Source of the DNA: Microbotryum violaceum
Taxonomy: Eukaryota
DNA length: 64,000 nucleotides
Reading direction: 5' to 3'
NCBI GenBank assembly: GCA_001244265.2
Contig: CDLV01000004.1
Span: forward strand, 558,001-622,000
The position numbers and the translations under genes were made by a program. Positions 11,292 to 24,040 of the stretch are shown here, in pieces; the first letter of the stretch is position 1, and each line of letters opens with the position of its first letter. Below the pieces are notes generated by a model. It ran no database searches. It had not been told where the DNA came from and saw nothing but the letters and a program-made list of their open reading frames with translations.

Positions 11292-11720
11292 CTGGGCCAT
11301 CGCCAGTCAGGAGCTCGAGCAGCTCGGGCGGGGCTTTTCGATCCCGGGCAATCGAACTTTGCCATCCGCGCAACAGATTTTGAACGGTGTGGCGCCGCCT
11401 GGGCCTGGGTCGGTAATTTTTTGAACTCCCAGTGTAGATGCGCCTCTGCTCTCAGTGAAGGTTGTCGTACAGGAGACGATGATGTCATTTCGGCAGTGGC
11501 AGGTGTTGTTGGCGACGGCGTCATTAAAGTGGGAGGGGTTGGGTGGAGGAGGACACAAGCAGCATCACTGGCGGCGCGTTCAGCCCTGCTCAGCCTCGCT
11601 GCGGCGCGCTCAGCTCGCTCACGTTGCCAACGCCTCTGGTAAAATCTTGCAGTTGACTTTTCGGCAGTGGCAGGAACTGGATGATTGAAGAAACTATATG
11701 CTACGATGTGGTAGAAATGC
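11292..11720 (-). mobile_element. Helitron 1, 5' part (continues 3019..4225 across the Copia A insertion)
   Basis: FKICCADGKVRLP motif (Helitron CCxxGKV.LP) lies immediately outside the CTAAC TSD. Confidence 0.75.
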
Positions 11721-12553
11721 AAAAACAGGTCATCTCAGTCTGCTTTGGGAAGCAGGGAGTCATGTACATGCGCCAGGCTGCTTTGATTGACAATGGAACC
11801 TCGGCGAATGTGGGCGAAACGGCCCGTGGCTGGGCGGACCCATTCTGAAACAGCGCTAGCTAATTGGGACGCAGTGGCCCAAGAGCCATTGCAGTCTACA
11901 TGTAATTTTTTATTTTTTTTTGTAGAACTTGTTCATCATATTGCCCCCAATTCCTGTTCCCCCTGATTGGCCTACGGAAAAACCAGATGGAAGTCGACGA
12001 TGATAACACAAACCGCCCGCAAGATGCGAGAAACGGGCCGGTGTTCACCAATCTGATACTTGGGATTCAAGTGCCCCAGCCAAGCGGTTGCTCCCTCCCA
12101 GGAGACGAATAAGAGAGAGAAAGAGAAAGGAGTAATAAAACAATTTACTAAGCGACAAGAGGCCCACCCCGCCGTCACTTCCCAACTTGTCAAGACAAAG
12201 ACAGGAGATCGACTGCGCAACTACCCTGACCTGCAAAGTCCTAAGTCTATGCTCGGTCACAACAAGATGCGGTGGAGGCCCCTCAAAACCTCCACCTCAG
12301 CAGTCCCTGGCCCTCAAAGCCGACTTTCTGCCTGTGTCCGCTGATCCCTCCCTTGACTCAGAACCCCGAAGCCAAAGAGCGCGAGTCACCGTCGAGTCAA
12401 TCTCAAATCGCGAGCCGGTCCATGAGCAACGAAGGCAGACCTGTAATAGATGAAAGATGAAAGCAAGATATTTAGTATACAGTGTTTTGTTGGAAGATGA
12501 AGCGTGATGGTGTGTGTGTGTGGGGTGTGGTGGGGGGAAATCGAACCCAGCCT

Positions 12554-15500
12554 CTACTGCCCTTGCCCGCCCCTTGCTCCTCCCGCCCTCAACTTCATCC
12601 TCTCCTCCAGTACCACCCTCCTCCTCTCCACGCTTTCCATCCTCGTCCCGTGCTTCTGCATCCTCCATCTCCCACTGCTGATCATCTCCAAAACCATCCC
12701 CGTGAAGATCTCGATCGTCCAGCCCACCCCTTCCTGTTTGCTGAGCTTGGCCTTGAGCTTGGGGAGGCCAAAGAGACGTTGCAGTGTCGTGTACTGGGCG
12801 TCCTCGATCGTGTCGCACCCGAGTGCGTCGCAGAGCACGCTCCTTGCTGCGATCCAGATGTTCCGCAAGTCAACGCAGCCAAAAAAGTAGCGGTCGGTGT
12901 TGTCCACCGGCGCTTCACAGACGAGGCACGCGGGAGAAGTGTCGTGCTTTTGTTGATGTTGCAGCTTGTGCATCGGGGTGAAGCGGAGAATCAGCTTGAA
13001 ACAAACTTCCCTCTCCCTCGCCGTCAGTGCCTTCGAGTTGACCGCCTTCCAAAAGCTCCTGAGGTCGTCCGGCTGCGGTGGTCCCTTGAGCCCGAGTGTG
13101 TTGGTAAAGGCCTTCGCGTGCAGGACCAGGCGCATGCGACGGATGGTGTACGGTCAAGCCATGTTCAGCAGCTTGTACTGGCTCGCCTGCTGTGGAAGCA
13201 CCGGGTCCGGAAGGCGCTGCTCCATTGCGAAGCGGGCCACGGGCTTGGGGAGAATTGCCTCGAGCGGTGCGCTGGTGCCGATCCGGGGGGCACGTTGAGC
13301 CGTCCCGCCGCCACCGCCACCGCCAAGGGCGTGTTCTTGTGTCGATCGACAGTGAACCGGTGCCAGGCCGCGATTGCCAGTCGATGCAGGAGCCCGCATC
13401 GATTGTACTCGCTGTTGTCGCCGAGCACATCCGCCGGCGGCGTCCAAAGGTGAAACCCCCACCCGCATACAACTTGCGCCGGTAGAGATCCGCCACCTTC
13501 GGGTAGCCTTGGAGACGAAGGTAGTCAAGTATATGAACCGCGTCGATGGTCTGTCTCCCTCTGATGGGGGTGTGGAGGCTGCCGAGCAAGGTGGGAAGCG
13601 CGAGCAGGTTCGCGGTGGTCAAGGTCCTCGGTTGACCTGCGCGTCTTGCTGTTTCGGAACCCCAATGCTGCTCGCCATCAGGGATGGAGGTCGCTGGGGA
13701 TGGGAGTGGATGGATGTGGCCAGAGATTGGTGGCCAGGTCAAGGTCCGACTGAGCTTGCTGGAGTGCCGCGCGCACAAGTCCTTGCCAGATCGCGCCCAA
13801 ACCGCCAAGAAGAACGTCCCAGATCCGTGCCGCAACCGCGTCCACAACGTCCTGCATCCTGATCACCCGAGTCCCCACTTGAGCTTGGCTGTGAACACGA
13901 TATCTCTGCCGTAGCTGGTCCTGCCCTTGCCCCACGGACGAAATCGACGAGCATGTCATCGAGCTTCTTGACGACTTTGGGCGGCGGGATGTTGGCTGCA
14001 AGGAAGTGCAGGATCTTGGGGATGGTGTACCAATTGACGTAAAAGGCACGGGTGTGGTGTGTGAGCCAGCGATGCTGAACCCCTTCCAGCGTCGCCTCGA
14101 GGCGTTCGATGAGATTTGCGTAGGCGAGTTTGGTGTTGCCGCTCGGGTCGAAGGGGAGGCCGATCCACTCGAGCAACTTGCCTGCGGCCTTGACGACGAG
14201 CGGGCATTGCCCCGGGTCCCAGCGGCATCCGATCGGTAGGACAACTGTCTTGTCCGTGTTGAGCTGGCCATTCGTTGCATGCCTCCAGTCGAGCGCCAGG
14301 TCATTGAGCAAGTTGAGTGACTCCAAGCCCGCGACGGCGACGACAACGTCATTGGCAAAAGCAAGTGATGTAATGGTGCGGCTCTGTGGGTACGGATGAA
14401 GTGCAGGTATGGACAGATTCAGCGCGATGTTTCGACAGTGTAGAGCATCCAGAAACGGCTGAAACATGATGTCCCAGACCGACGACGACGCCGGGTCCCC
14501 TTGGCCAAGCCCACACGTCAGTTGCACCGGCGCCGTTAGGAACCCATTGATGATGTAGCGGGCCAAGGTTGAGTCACCCGAGTAGAGCATCCTCAGCACG
14601 CGAAAAAAGGTGGCAGGAGCGCCCAGAGCGTCGAAGATGGCAAAGATCCAGTCATGCTCAACGAGGTCGTAGGCAGATGATTGGTCAAGAGACAAGAGCA
14701 CGGCCGCAGGGAACTCGATCCTGCGCGCGCCAACTTCCTCGATCAGGAGACAAAGGTGTAGTGCAGCGTCAGCCAATCGGCGGTCCTTGATGAATCCGTG
14801 CTGCTGCGGCCGGAGGAGATCGGGTAGAATTTGGTTCAAACGGGCGACATAGACCTTGGTAAAGCTCTTGTAATCGCACTCGCGCAGGGTGATTGGCCGG
14901 TACGACGAAAGTTCGGCGCAATCGGCATTCTTCTTGTGTCGCTTGAAGATGAGGCGCACGAGTTCTTGGCCCTGCTTGGGAGAGAGTGAGCCTCGCTCTA
15001 TCATCGCGTCGTAGGCCTTGGTCAGCACCTTGGCCCACGCCTTGGGTGCGGTCTGGTAGAGTTCGTAGGGCACGCCCGATGGTCCCGGCGATCGCCCCGG
15101 GTGTGTCGTCCCGATCGCGGCCACGACCTCGTCCTCGGTGATTGGTTGCTGGAGTAAGTCGATCTGCAATTCCGAGAGTCGGCGCAGAAAGAGAGGATCC
15201 GAGCGCGGGTTGTCGCAAGTCCGCGCCGCCCTGATCGGCGCGAGGAATTCGTCCCGAAGTCGGTCGACGCGGTCCGGGTCACGAGGCTTGATGTGGTAGA
15301 GGCGCTGGAAATGCGCCTGCGTGTGGTCAAGAGCGACATCAATGTCATGCTTTAGCTCTCTGTTGCTCAAGCGCAGTGCTGTGATCTTGGAGTCCGAGTT
15401 CCGCGCCGCAAGCTTGGCGTGGACCGGCCGCGACAGTCGTTCCTCGGAGGCGATCTCGGGGACGTGGGCTCGGATCCGGAGTAGGCGCGCGCGCTCCTCG

Positions 15501-16565
15501 ACCGCCCGCTTGAGTTCTTCGGATGTCCTTGTCCATTCTGCCGTTTCTGCCTCCCCCCATTCCGGTATCGCCTCCAGATCCTGCACCCTCCCACCAAATA
15601 CTCCATCCGTTCCGTCCGCTCCCAATGCAACCTCCTCGCCATCTCCCCACCCCTATCCCTGCACGCCTTCAGAATGACCTCGAGCTCCCCCACCGGTTCC
15701 TCCCGCTTGCCCCTTCCAGCCATCCTTCCATCATCCGCTGGAATTCCACCGTCTTAAAGGTTGTGGTGTTGATTCAATGTAGTTGGTTTGATGTGGTAGG
15801 TAGGCTGAGCTGTGGGAGGGTCGCATCAGGATCATCTGAAAGAGCCAGCACAATCAAGACCGGTCGGTGATTGGAAAGCTCCTTGGGATAGTCGTAGATC
15901 GTCGAGGCCTGGTCGAGTCTTTTTTGGTGTGTCCGTTGCAGGAGAAAGTAGTCAAGCCGGGAGAAGGAGTTGGTTCGCTTGCGATTGGGATTAGGTCGAG
16001 TGAAGGATGGGGTGATGGGGTGTTTGTAGCGGATGCAGTCCGTGTAGGCCGAGTCGAGCTTGCCGATCAGGATTGGCCAGTGGTGGCCGCGCCGACTTTG
16101 GTTCCGCCGATCGACTTCTGGGAGCGGGCAGTCATTGAGATCACCGCCAAGGAGTCGGAGGTGGGATTTCTGTGTTTTGTGAAATAAGAGTTTGTCAAAG
16201 AATTTCGCTCGTTGCTTTGGGTCAACGGGCGCATAAATGTTGTTGATTTCTAGAATTTTGATGTTGCCCCGCAGACGAAAGGATGTGACGAGGAGCCGGC
16301 CGTCGAGTGCCGAGTGGATGTGCAAGAGCTTGGCGTCGATCAGGGGGGAGTCAGCCGGAATTAGAGTCAGACAATGTTGGTTGATGAAGAACTTGCCCTT
16401 GTACTTGTCCTTGATGAGTTGCCAGAGGTGCGGTCTGATGATGTGCTCTTGTATGAGAATGGCTGATGCTTTGAAAAGGGATAGGTAGTTGTAAATGTCA
16501 TGTCGTTTCTCCGGGACCTCCATGCCCCTCCTCACGTTCCAGGTGATGATGGTGTACTTAATCAT
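12554..16565 (-). pseudogene. LINE-1 ORF2: AP endonuclease + reverse transcriptase + C-terminal zf-RVT-like region
   Basis: [47 protein letters not shown]; catalytic AFADD mutated to AFAND; C-terminal CLVC...YFF.C. Contains stops and frameshifts. Confidence 0.9.
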
Positions 16566-18828
16566 TAATGGGTAGTTGAGGTCGAAGCGCTCTTGGCGGT
16601 GGTGACGTCCTCAAAGAGGGGAGGGCGGGCAGGACATCGTCCTCGGGCTCGTGGTCGGACCATCTTTTCTCCTTGGCTACCCCTTTGCTTTCCCTCGGTC
16701 CACTTTCGTCACGCCAACCGGCATTGCCGCCGCCGCTGACATCGACCTCGTCACCCTCCGCCCCTCTGTTCCATCCTTGACAACAACGCGGCTCTTCCCT
16801 TTGATGATCACTCGCTTGGCGTCGGTTGGTTTCACTGAGGTCCGCCGCAGTCTGCGACCTCTTCATTACCGGCTTTTTGAACTTTGCAGCGGTCCCCCTG
16901 ATATTGATGGAACGTATCTCACCGTCCTCATCCCACGTGGAAAAGTTGTGACGCACCAAAGGGGGATTCAGCGTCGAGCCTCCTCTCGATGCTTTGGTCC
17001 CGCTCGAGTCGTGCCTGCTCAACCCAGTTAGCTCTGATCCTGTCCCACTCCTCCCCCTCGCGAAGCGACTTGGCAAGAGTTTAGGGTGACAAAGGTGGGG
17101 TTGGTTCGTGGGGTGTCGATTTGCGGGAAGCGGTGGCGGCAGTTGCTGTTGCGTCGCTGTCGTTGTCATGGTCCAGCCTGTTCGTCTCCCCTAAGTCCGT
17201 CGCTTCCGCGTTCTCCGCTTTCGTCGCTCCCCCTGCCTCGTCCACATTGTCCACCTCCGTCGCCGCCTCCTCTTCCTCCATCTCCGTCGCCACCTCCCTT
17301 TCCTCCATCTCCGTCGCCACCTTGCCTTCTGTTTCGCCCCTTCCATCCGCCATCACCTCATCCTCATCAATAACCTCTCCATCGGATCCTCCGCAGTCCT
17401 CTAAAACCAACTCGTCCTCGCTCTCAAGTTTGATGACCTCCGTTTTTGCGGTCGCCTCTGATTCCATCTCCGAGTCCTCCGAGTCCTCGTCATCCGCCTT
17501 ATCACCAGCGTCCTCCTCCCCCGATTCCTCTGGCCCCTGTCCGCTCTGGCCAGTTACCGCTTCCTCCTGTCCCTCCTCAACCTCGAGCCCGGCGAAGCGA
17601 TTCTATGATGCAATCCTGTTAACAACCGGCACAGGAATGGGGGCCTTGGCCTCCACGATGTTGGTGTCATTGGTGATGGTGTTCTTGTTGGCGTTGGTGT
17701 TGCCGTTGCCGTTGCCATTGTGAGCCTCCTTTCGCTTGCTCTCCTGATCCAGTCCGCAGTTCCCACGTGACCAACGAAGTGGCACCTACCGCAAGCCGCC
17801 TCCTTCTCATAGTCATAGCGAAGGGCGGTGACCGGGATGCCTCGAGTGGGAAGGCCGATTCTCGAAGGTAGGATCTCTTTCAAGGTCGTGTTAGGGCATT
17901 TGAACAGGGAGTCGTCATCAAAGTGTAGGAAAGCTGAGTAGTCTCCGGCAACGTGGGCAAAGGCCGAGGCGTTGTCCACGCTGATAATGCGCAGAACCTG
18001 CACAAGTTGGCACGAATGTCCCTTGCCTGACAAGTCCTGCACTAGTAATTGGAACGATTTGATGATGGCGTCCATGGAAGGCACTCCTTGAACACCGATG
18101 TTGATTCGAAGCTCGACCATGTTATGGTGGAACCTGTGAGATTTCGCGAAGCGGGCCTTCGCCGATCGCCAAGTGAGAGCAGGGGGCGTCGTAAGCGCAG
18201 CGTCACGTGCCTCGCCGGTGACGAACCCAACCGTAACGCGATGGTGAGCCGCCCCATTACGCAGGATTGATGAATGTTGTACGCCTAGGATCTGTGGTCG
18301 ATAGGCTGCAAGGTGGTCCAGCAGAGGAACTCCAGGCTCAAAGCAGATAGGAGAGATCGGCGATAACAGCCTCGTGACGCAGGCCACGAGATCGGTCTTG
18401 CCGGCATGAGACGCTCGCGAGGCGCTCTGGTGAGACAGAGTCACTTCAAGGGCGTAATCAAAGATGTTTTCGACAGACCGGTTCGCGTTTAAGGCCGAGA
18501 ATTTCAGCGATGTGGCGGTGGCGACGGGGTAGAGTTCGGCGAAGTAGATGGCCTGGACCCAACGATCCATGCGGTTTCCGGGTACAGCACCCATGGCTTG
18601 TAGGAGGCTGCCCAGAGGCTTGGCACGCTGTTGTTGTTGTTGCTGTTGTTCAGGTGACTGAGTCGCCTGACTCGCAGCGGCGGCATAGTTGGGTGCGGCG
18701 GTGGCGGGGCCCGTGACTTGCGTCTTCTTCGAGCTTATTGGGATCTGGTCGCGGGGTGGCTGGACGCTGGTGGCGGACACCGGTGGTGGCGGTGCCGGCG
18801 GTGGGGACCCAGGGTCTCCTGTAGACAT
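16558..18828 (-). pseudogene. LINE-1 ORF1 (gag-like, zinc knuckle, acidic C-terminal half), frameshifted
   Basis: Starts MSTGDPG; CGRCHFVGH knuckle; E/D-rich tract; homologous to ORF1 of LINE-3. Confidence 0.8.
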
Positions 18829-18937
18829 CTTGTCGGTGTATCACTTGTTAACTCGAGTACCGAAGACTGCGGTAGGGCGATTTCGAAGTGAAGTGAAGTG
18901 AAGTGAGGTGAGGTGAGGTGAAGTGAAGTAGAAGTGA

Positions 18938-21607
18938 TTTTTTTTATTTATTTTTTTTGACTGGGGCTCATAAATTGAAATCCTTCGGGTTGGCTGGGAC
19001 CGCTACAAAAAGAGCTAAAGGAGGTTATAAAGCAACGACGGCAAGCAGTTGGGTGAAAGTCAAACCCCTGCGCGCAAAGAGCGCTGCGCAGATCAAAACC
19101 CGCCGAGCACCTAACGCGGACTCCAACGGGCGGTGAGTACTGCTGCCGCTTCACGTCCCAAGAGCGGGAGCAAAGATACTCGAAAACCAGGCAAGAGCGC
19201 CTAGAGAAAGAAGGGGGAGAGTATACAGAAAGTCACGACTGGGGATACGGAGAACCAGGAATACTAAGACAGAGAGGAGGGGAACACCGAGGGGCCAAGG
19301 GAGGGGTCGAAGCCGGAGGTAGAGGTCCCCAGGGACTAACAGGCCGCAGCCAAGCCCCAGCTACTCGTCACCCCGACAGCGCCTGATGTCCTCCCTTGGC
19401 TGAATCTCGAGTGCTGGCTGTTGAGCCGTCGGGGCCGAGAGAAAAGCGATCCAGTACAACGAAACGAGCCTCGCCTTGACGCGAGGATATTGACCAGAAA
19501 CGAGCGACCTTCCTTCCCGAGCCATGCCGTAGATCTTGACCAACGCGAACGAACGAACCATTCAACGGAATCCAACACACGGCTTAGGAGTAAAAGGAGA
19601 AGTGACTGAAGCGTAGTCAACAACCGAGCAACAGGAACGAGAAGAGGAAGGGAAGGGAAAAAAGGGGGAAAGGAGAGGGAAAAACTTCACAAAGCCTCCA
19701 ACGCAAAGACAATCGACCTGGCTTGCCGATCCATCCAAGAACAAAAAAACCGCTACTGCGCAAAGTAGAGAGAGAGAGGGAGAGGTGCGCAGCCTTCCAC
19801 TGCGCAACAATTTCCAAGACAGTCAGCTTCTAAAAGAGGAGTCGACCTCCGAAAAAGAAGGGAGGAAAGGAGGGGAGGAAAATGGGAAGGAAGGACTTAA
19901 CTCGGTCATCACACCTCCCAATCTCGAGCCCCAGGCACAAAACCCGCTCGAGAGAGAAAATCTCGCTCGAACGCTCTGAGTGCACTGGGGAGCGAGGGAG
20001 GGGCCACGACCTTGTCCAGCTCGAACCGCTGATGAACGCGCCAGCGGAGCAGGTGCAGCCGCTGGAAGCCGATCGCGCAGGCCAGCCGAACCCACATCCA
20101 TCTCGAGGTCGTTCTCCCACGACCCCGCAAAAGGGGAGCCCCATAGTCAGCTGCTCCGGAGTGAACGTCGACGGATCGACGTCGGTATCCTCGATGCCCA
20201 GCTTGTCGAACAGAATGCGAAGCACCCCACCCCAGAAGCTGGTCGAGTACGCGCACTCGAAGAAGTAGTGCGACACCGTCTCGATGACCGCTGCATCGTT
20301 GCCGCAGAACAGACACGTCGGCGAAGAGGCATGACCCTGAGTATGCTGCCTCTTGCGCGTCGGCGTCACGTCGTACATGAGCCGCCAGTGGGTGTCCTGC
20401 TCCACAGCAGACGCAAATCGGTCATGAAGCCATCTCCAGAAGCGCTTCCTATCGCTCTGAGAAGTCCCATCACGGAAACGCTTGACACGATCCTCCCTCC
20501 CTGGGAACCGAACCACTTTCACAAGCCGACGAAGCTTGCGAATCGTGAACGGTCGAGTGAGCCCAAAGAAGTTGAAGCACCGAGGACGGGGAGCCTCCTT
20601 GAGAGGTATCCTAGCGGGTCGCAACGCGGTCTTGGGCAGCAAGGCTTTCGCCTTGAGCAACTGACCCACGCGCGACCACACGTGCTCGTGCTGTAGGGCG
20701 GGTTCCTTAGAGTGCTGCCAGAACCCGCGTCGATGACCAACCAGAGCCCAGCCCTTCCCTTCGTCCCTCCAGTACAGGTCCGCGATCTGCGCAAACTTCG
20801 CCACTGCGTCCGCATCGTCATATGCGTGCTTGGCACCTTCAGCATAGAGTGAAGGGAGGCGAGGCGGAAGCGAGAGCAATTCGGGAGCGTAAGGAGTTCG
20901 GACTTGATGGTTGGAACTGTGACCCTGGCAGCTGCAACGACTGCCCCCAGCGCGTCGAGTCGCGATACAGCTTCTCGACCCGAGCCGTGCTGCTGAAGAA
21001 CCCCCACGGACTGAAATCGCGGGTCGCAGCGACGAGGGACCTCCAGCTCTCGCGAGCTAGGGGCGCCCAGATCGCCTCGTTCGAGCCCGCCACAGCATCC
21101 CAAAATCGAAGCGCCACCGAATGAACGATGTCGCCGATTGAAATCAAGCCCAAGCCACCGTCCTCCCGAGCCTGGAACACGAAATCGCGAGCGACGGTAT
21201 TTCGCCCTGCTCCTCCCCAAACAAAATCCGTAAGTGCTGTCTCCGCCGCCTTAATGAACCATTGAGGCGGTATGTCGAAGGACAGCACGTGGAGGACCCT
21301 CGAGATGATGTGAGCGTTGGCATAGAAGACCTTCCCACTCGGCGAAAGTGTCCGGTCTCCAGCGGCGCGGGTCTTGGCCTTGATCCTGTCAAGAACATGG
21401 GTCCAAAACAGTTTCGAGTCACCGTGGCGAAAGAAGGCATAGCCGCACCACTTGAAGCTCTCCCCCTCCTGCACCGTTGGCAACGCCTGCGCAGTCTCGT
21501 CCCGAAGCCAGTTCGGTCCGAGTGGTAGCACCAGCGTCTTGTCCGTGTTGGTCTTCCCGTTGGTTGCCTCGTACCACGTCTGCGACAGCGTTTCCAGCTT
21601 CGACAAT
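18938..21607 (-). mobile_element. 5'-truncated L1-clade LINE of a different family (LINE-2)
   Basis: A-tail at 18938-18958. Post-RT motifs NGKTNTDKT and GGLGL; zinc finger CLFC..ETVSHYFFEC. About 0.9 kb of 3' UTR. Confidence 0.85.
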
Positions 21608-21895
21608 GCCGCCGGTGAGTGAAGGGCATGCCTTACAGAACAGCCCTATAAGTAGCCTCTGAGTAGCTAGAACTGCCGAGTTCTAATTACGACTAGTCTA
21701 GTGGTCAAGAACGACATATTGTATTTTATGCACGTCAGAGGCGCATACCTTACACTACCGAAACCGTTATGACGTCACGCCACATGGTTCCCGTTCTTTG
21801 ACGTTCTTTGTCTCCCGTTTTCTGACGTTCTTTGAAGTTCTTTAGCCACACAGTTCTTTTTAGTAGTTTAGTAGATTAGTAGATATTTTAAGGGA

Positions 21896-24040
21896 CCAGT
21901 GGGAACCCATTAAATTAACGGGAGGATGAAATTCAAAAAATAGCAGAATAATCGAACAATCTACATGATATCAGCGCAGAGGTTAAGAAAACACGAAATA
22001 CAGCAAAGAAACAAAATACATTCATCTTACATTCATCGCCGAAACAGCCTGCATGTCGCTTGTTGCCGGACTTGGCTTCAAACACTCGTGCAATGAGATC
22101 CGGACGGTTGCATGCTTTATCGGCCCCAGTGCAGCCTTGATTTCCGGTGAGTCGGGGTCGTACGTCATCGTGATGAGCAGCGGAGGCTTTCCATGTTTGA
22201 TAACGCACGCCATCGCATCCTGATATCGCTACGTGATGTCGCAATTTGGTTCGGGGTCAAGCCTGAGTCAGTCGGTCTTGACTTGGGAGTACATCCGTAA
22301 ATCACAAAGTCCAGGAAGGGACGTTGGTTGCAATGCGGGATTGAGAAGTACTCGTCGCGTTTGGCAAGTAGTGTGAAAGAATTGTGAACGCGAGACTCAC
22401 CACCTCGACCCCTTTACTTGAGCTTCGTCCTAGGTGTTCAAAAGTTCAATGTCAGTCTGTGCTTGCGCCTTAGACAGAATGGAACCTCAGAGAAAGAGCC
22501 GACGACGCGTACGTTCGCCATCACCATCCTCTTTGTCCCCTTCCTCGCCGTCTTCATCCTCATTGTCGCGGTCTTCGTCCTCCTGTTCGTCTTCGTCATC
22601 CAGACCAAGACCGGCAACTACCTCGCGCAATTGGACACCATTGTCGATCTGCTCTCGGTTTCTGGCGACTGGCGGCCCGGCTTGGTGGAACCGCAAAGAG
22701 GAATGTTGGGGTGGAAGCCATCTTCCCCGCGGGGAAGAGTAGTGGGTACCGGAGAGGCATCGCAGACGGATGGAGCGAGCTAACGGTTTGGTACTTGGGC
22801 CGACCATCGGACATCGATCACCGTGCACCTGGAGAATAAGGTCTTGCGGTCCACGATCTCCGGTGTTGGTGTCGGAATCGCAGATAAGCATCGTCATTTC
22901 CGTGCTTGACGTAGGAAGGTTGTGGGTGCGTCGGTTTCGGCCTGGTGGTAGGCAGAGGCGCAAGACCCACTCTTTGGCCGTATCCCAACCCGCACGGCCT
23001 TTGGCCGAAGCGAACTCCCTCACAAAACAATTGCCGGTGCGCAACATGGACTCGAGCTTGGTCAGCGTTGATCTTTGTATGCGAGTCTCTGCGCTGTCGG
23101 GTCCTTGAAGTCGTGTGTCGGTGGCCTCGGCCGGGTCGATCAGCCATGTCTGGGCAAAGGCTGGGCGTTGATTCACGGCAGGGATCAGGGCACCGAGTCA
23201 ATGATAGAGGCGGCCGAACACGCGAAACACGGGAGGTCCTAGAGTGCACACTTGGGTTTAGTCCCAGTGGGCAGCGAGCGAAGTAAAGGATAGTGCGTTA
23301 TTGTAAGACCGGGCATTCTCGCGAAATGCTTTAGCGTCTGTGTAGGTGCATCGCACAGTTCAGCATGTGGGCCATACTGCAGAGAGATGTTGTTGGACGG
23401 AGCAACTGACCGCTATCCGAGCCTTGAAGAAGCTGCCGATACTCGAGATTGGGCTGGGGAGGGGGAGGTAGCCGCACCTTGCCCTGCGAGCAGCACGCGC
23501 TGAAGTGTCTGGTCGACTTGGACCTTTCGCACTCCCAGTGCCGAGCCTTGCAGTGGGTGCACACGGCCGTCTGCGGGCCGAGGTCGTCGCGGATCGAAAC
23601 GTGGGCTTGAGGGGTTTGAGCGCGATATGAGCCCGGCGCACCCGCCTTTGCGGAGGAGGTGGTGGTGGGCGAGCCCAGCGTCGAGTTGGCCATCGCGCTG
23701 ACCACGCTGTCCGTTCTGCACAGCTGCACGGCGGGCTCGTATACGTGTCGCAATGCCAAGATCGGTTGAATTGTTGTCATGACGCGCCGGGGGCTGATTC
23801 TGTTGATCGGAGCGGGACGAAGAGGAGGGTCGAGCCGCGGGCGCCCAGCAGCGGGCGCTCGAGCAGGCCCATGGTACGGCGCTACCCTCGCGCCCAAGTC
23901 TTGGGCGAGGTTGCGATGGCCCTCCCTGGCGACCTTGGGACCGGGGCATTACACAGTAGCGAAGGTTTGTTCTTGAATGAGTGTCACTAAAATTGGATGA
24001 GAGTGGGAGGGAGAAAGGAAAGGTTCGAGGGAGTGGCACA
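21896..24040 (-). mobile_element. Non-autonomous Helitron 2 (internally deleted; 5' boundary uncertain)
   Basis: CTHCKARHW..FSACCSQGKVRLP, THNLPT, LRYPLLFP and YQDAMA..GKP.L.ITMT..NRPDLIARVFEAK motifs. 3' hairpin at 21906-21922 followed by CTGG|T on the minus strand. Confidence 0.85.

Larger units (their letters stand above)
11906..18937 (-). mobile_element. Full-length L1-clade LINE (LINE-1), degenerate
   Basis: Poly(A) tail seen as a T-run at 11906-11921. ORF1 and ORF2 (APE-RT-zinc finger) are present. (CACTT/CACCT)n repeat at the 5' end. Homologous along its whole length to 54725..61745. Confidence 0.93.

Noticed and set aside
11871-11892. Hairpin GCAGTGGC-CCAAGA-GCCATTGC as a Helitron 3' end
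   Set aside because: It is on the wrong side of the minus-strand Helitron and is not followed by CTRR.
12482-13453. Long plus-strand ORFs opposite LINE and Copia coding regions (also 17121..17723, 59857..60660 and others)
   Set aside because: These are antisense shadows of GC-rich or low-complexity coding sequence with no independent motifs.
21608-21895. Segment between LINE-2 and Helitron 2 as a separate element or the true 5' end of Helitron 1
   Set aside because: It has short repeats (gacgttcttt) but no termini or TSD that I can support.
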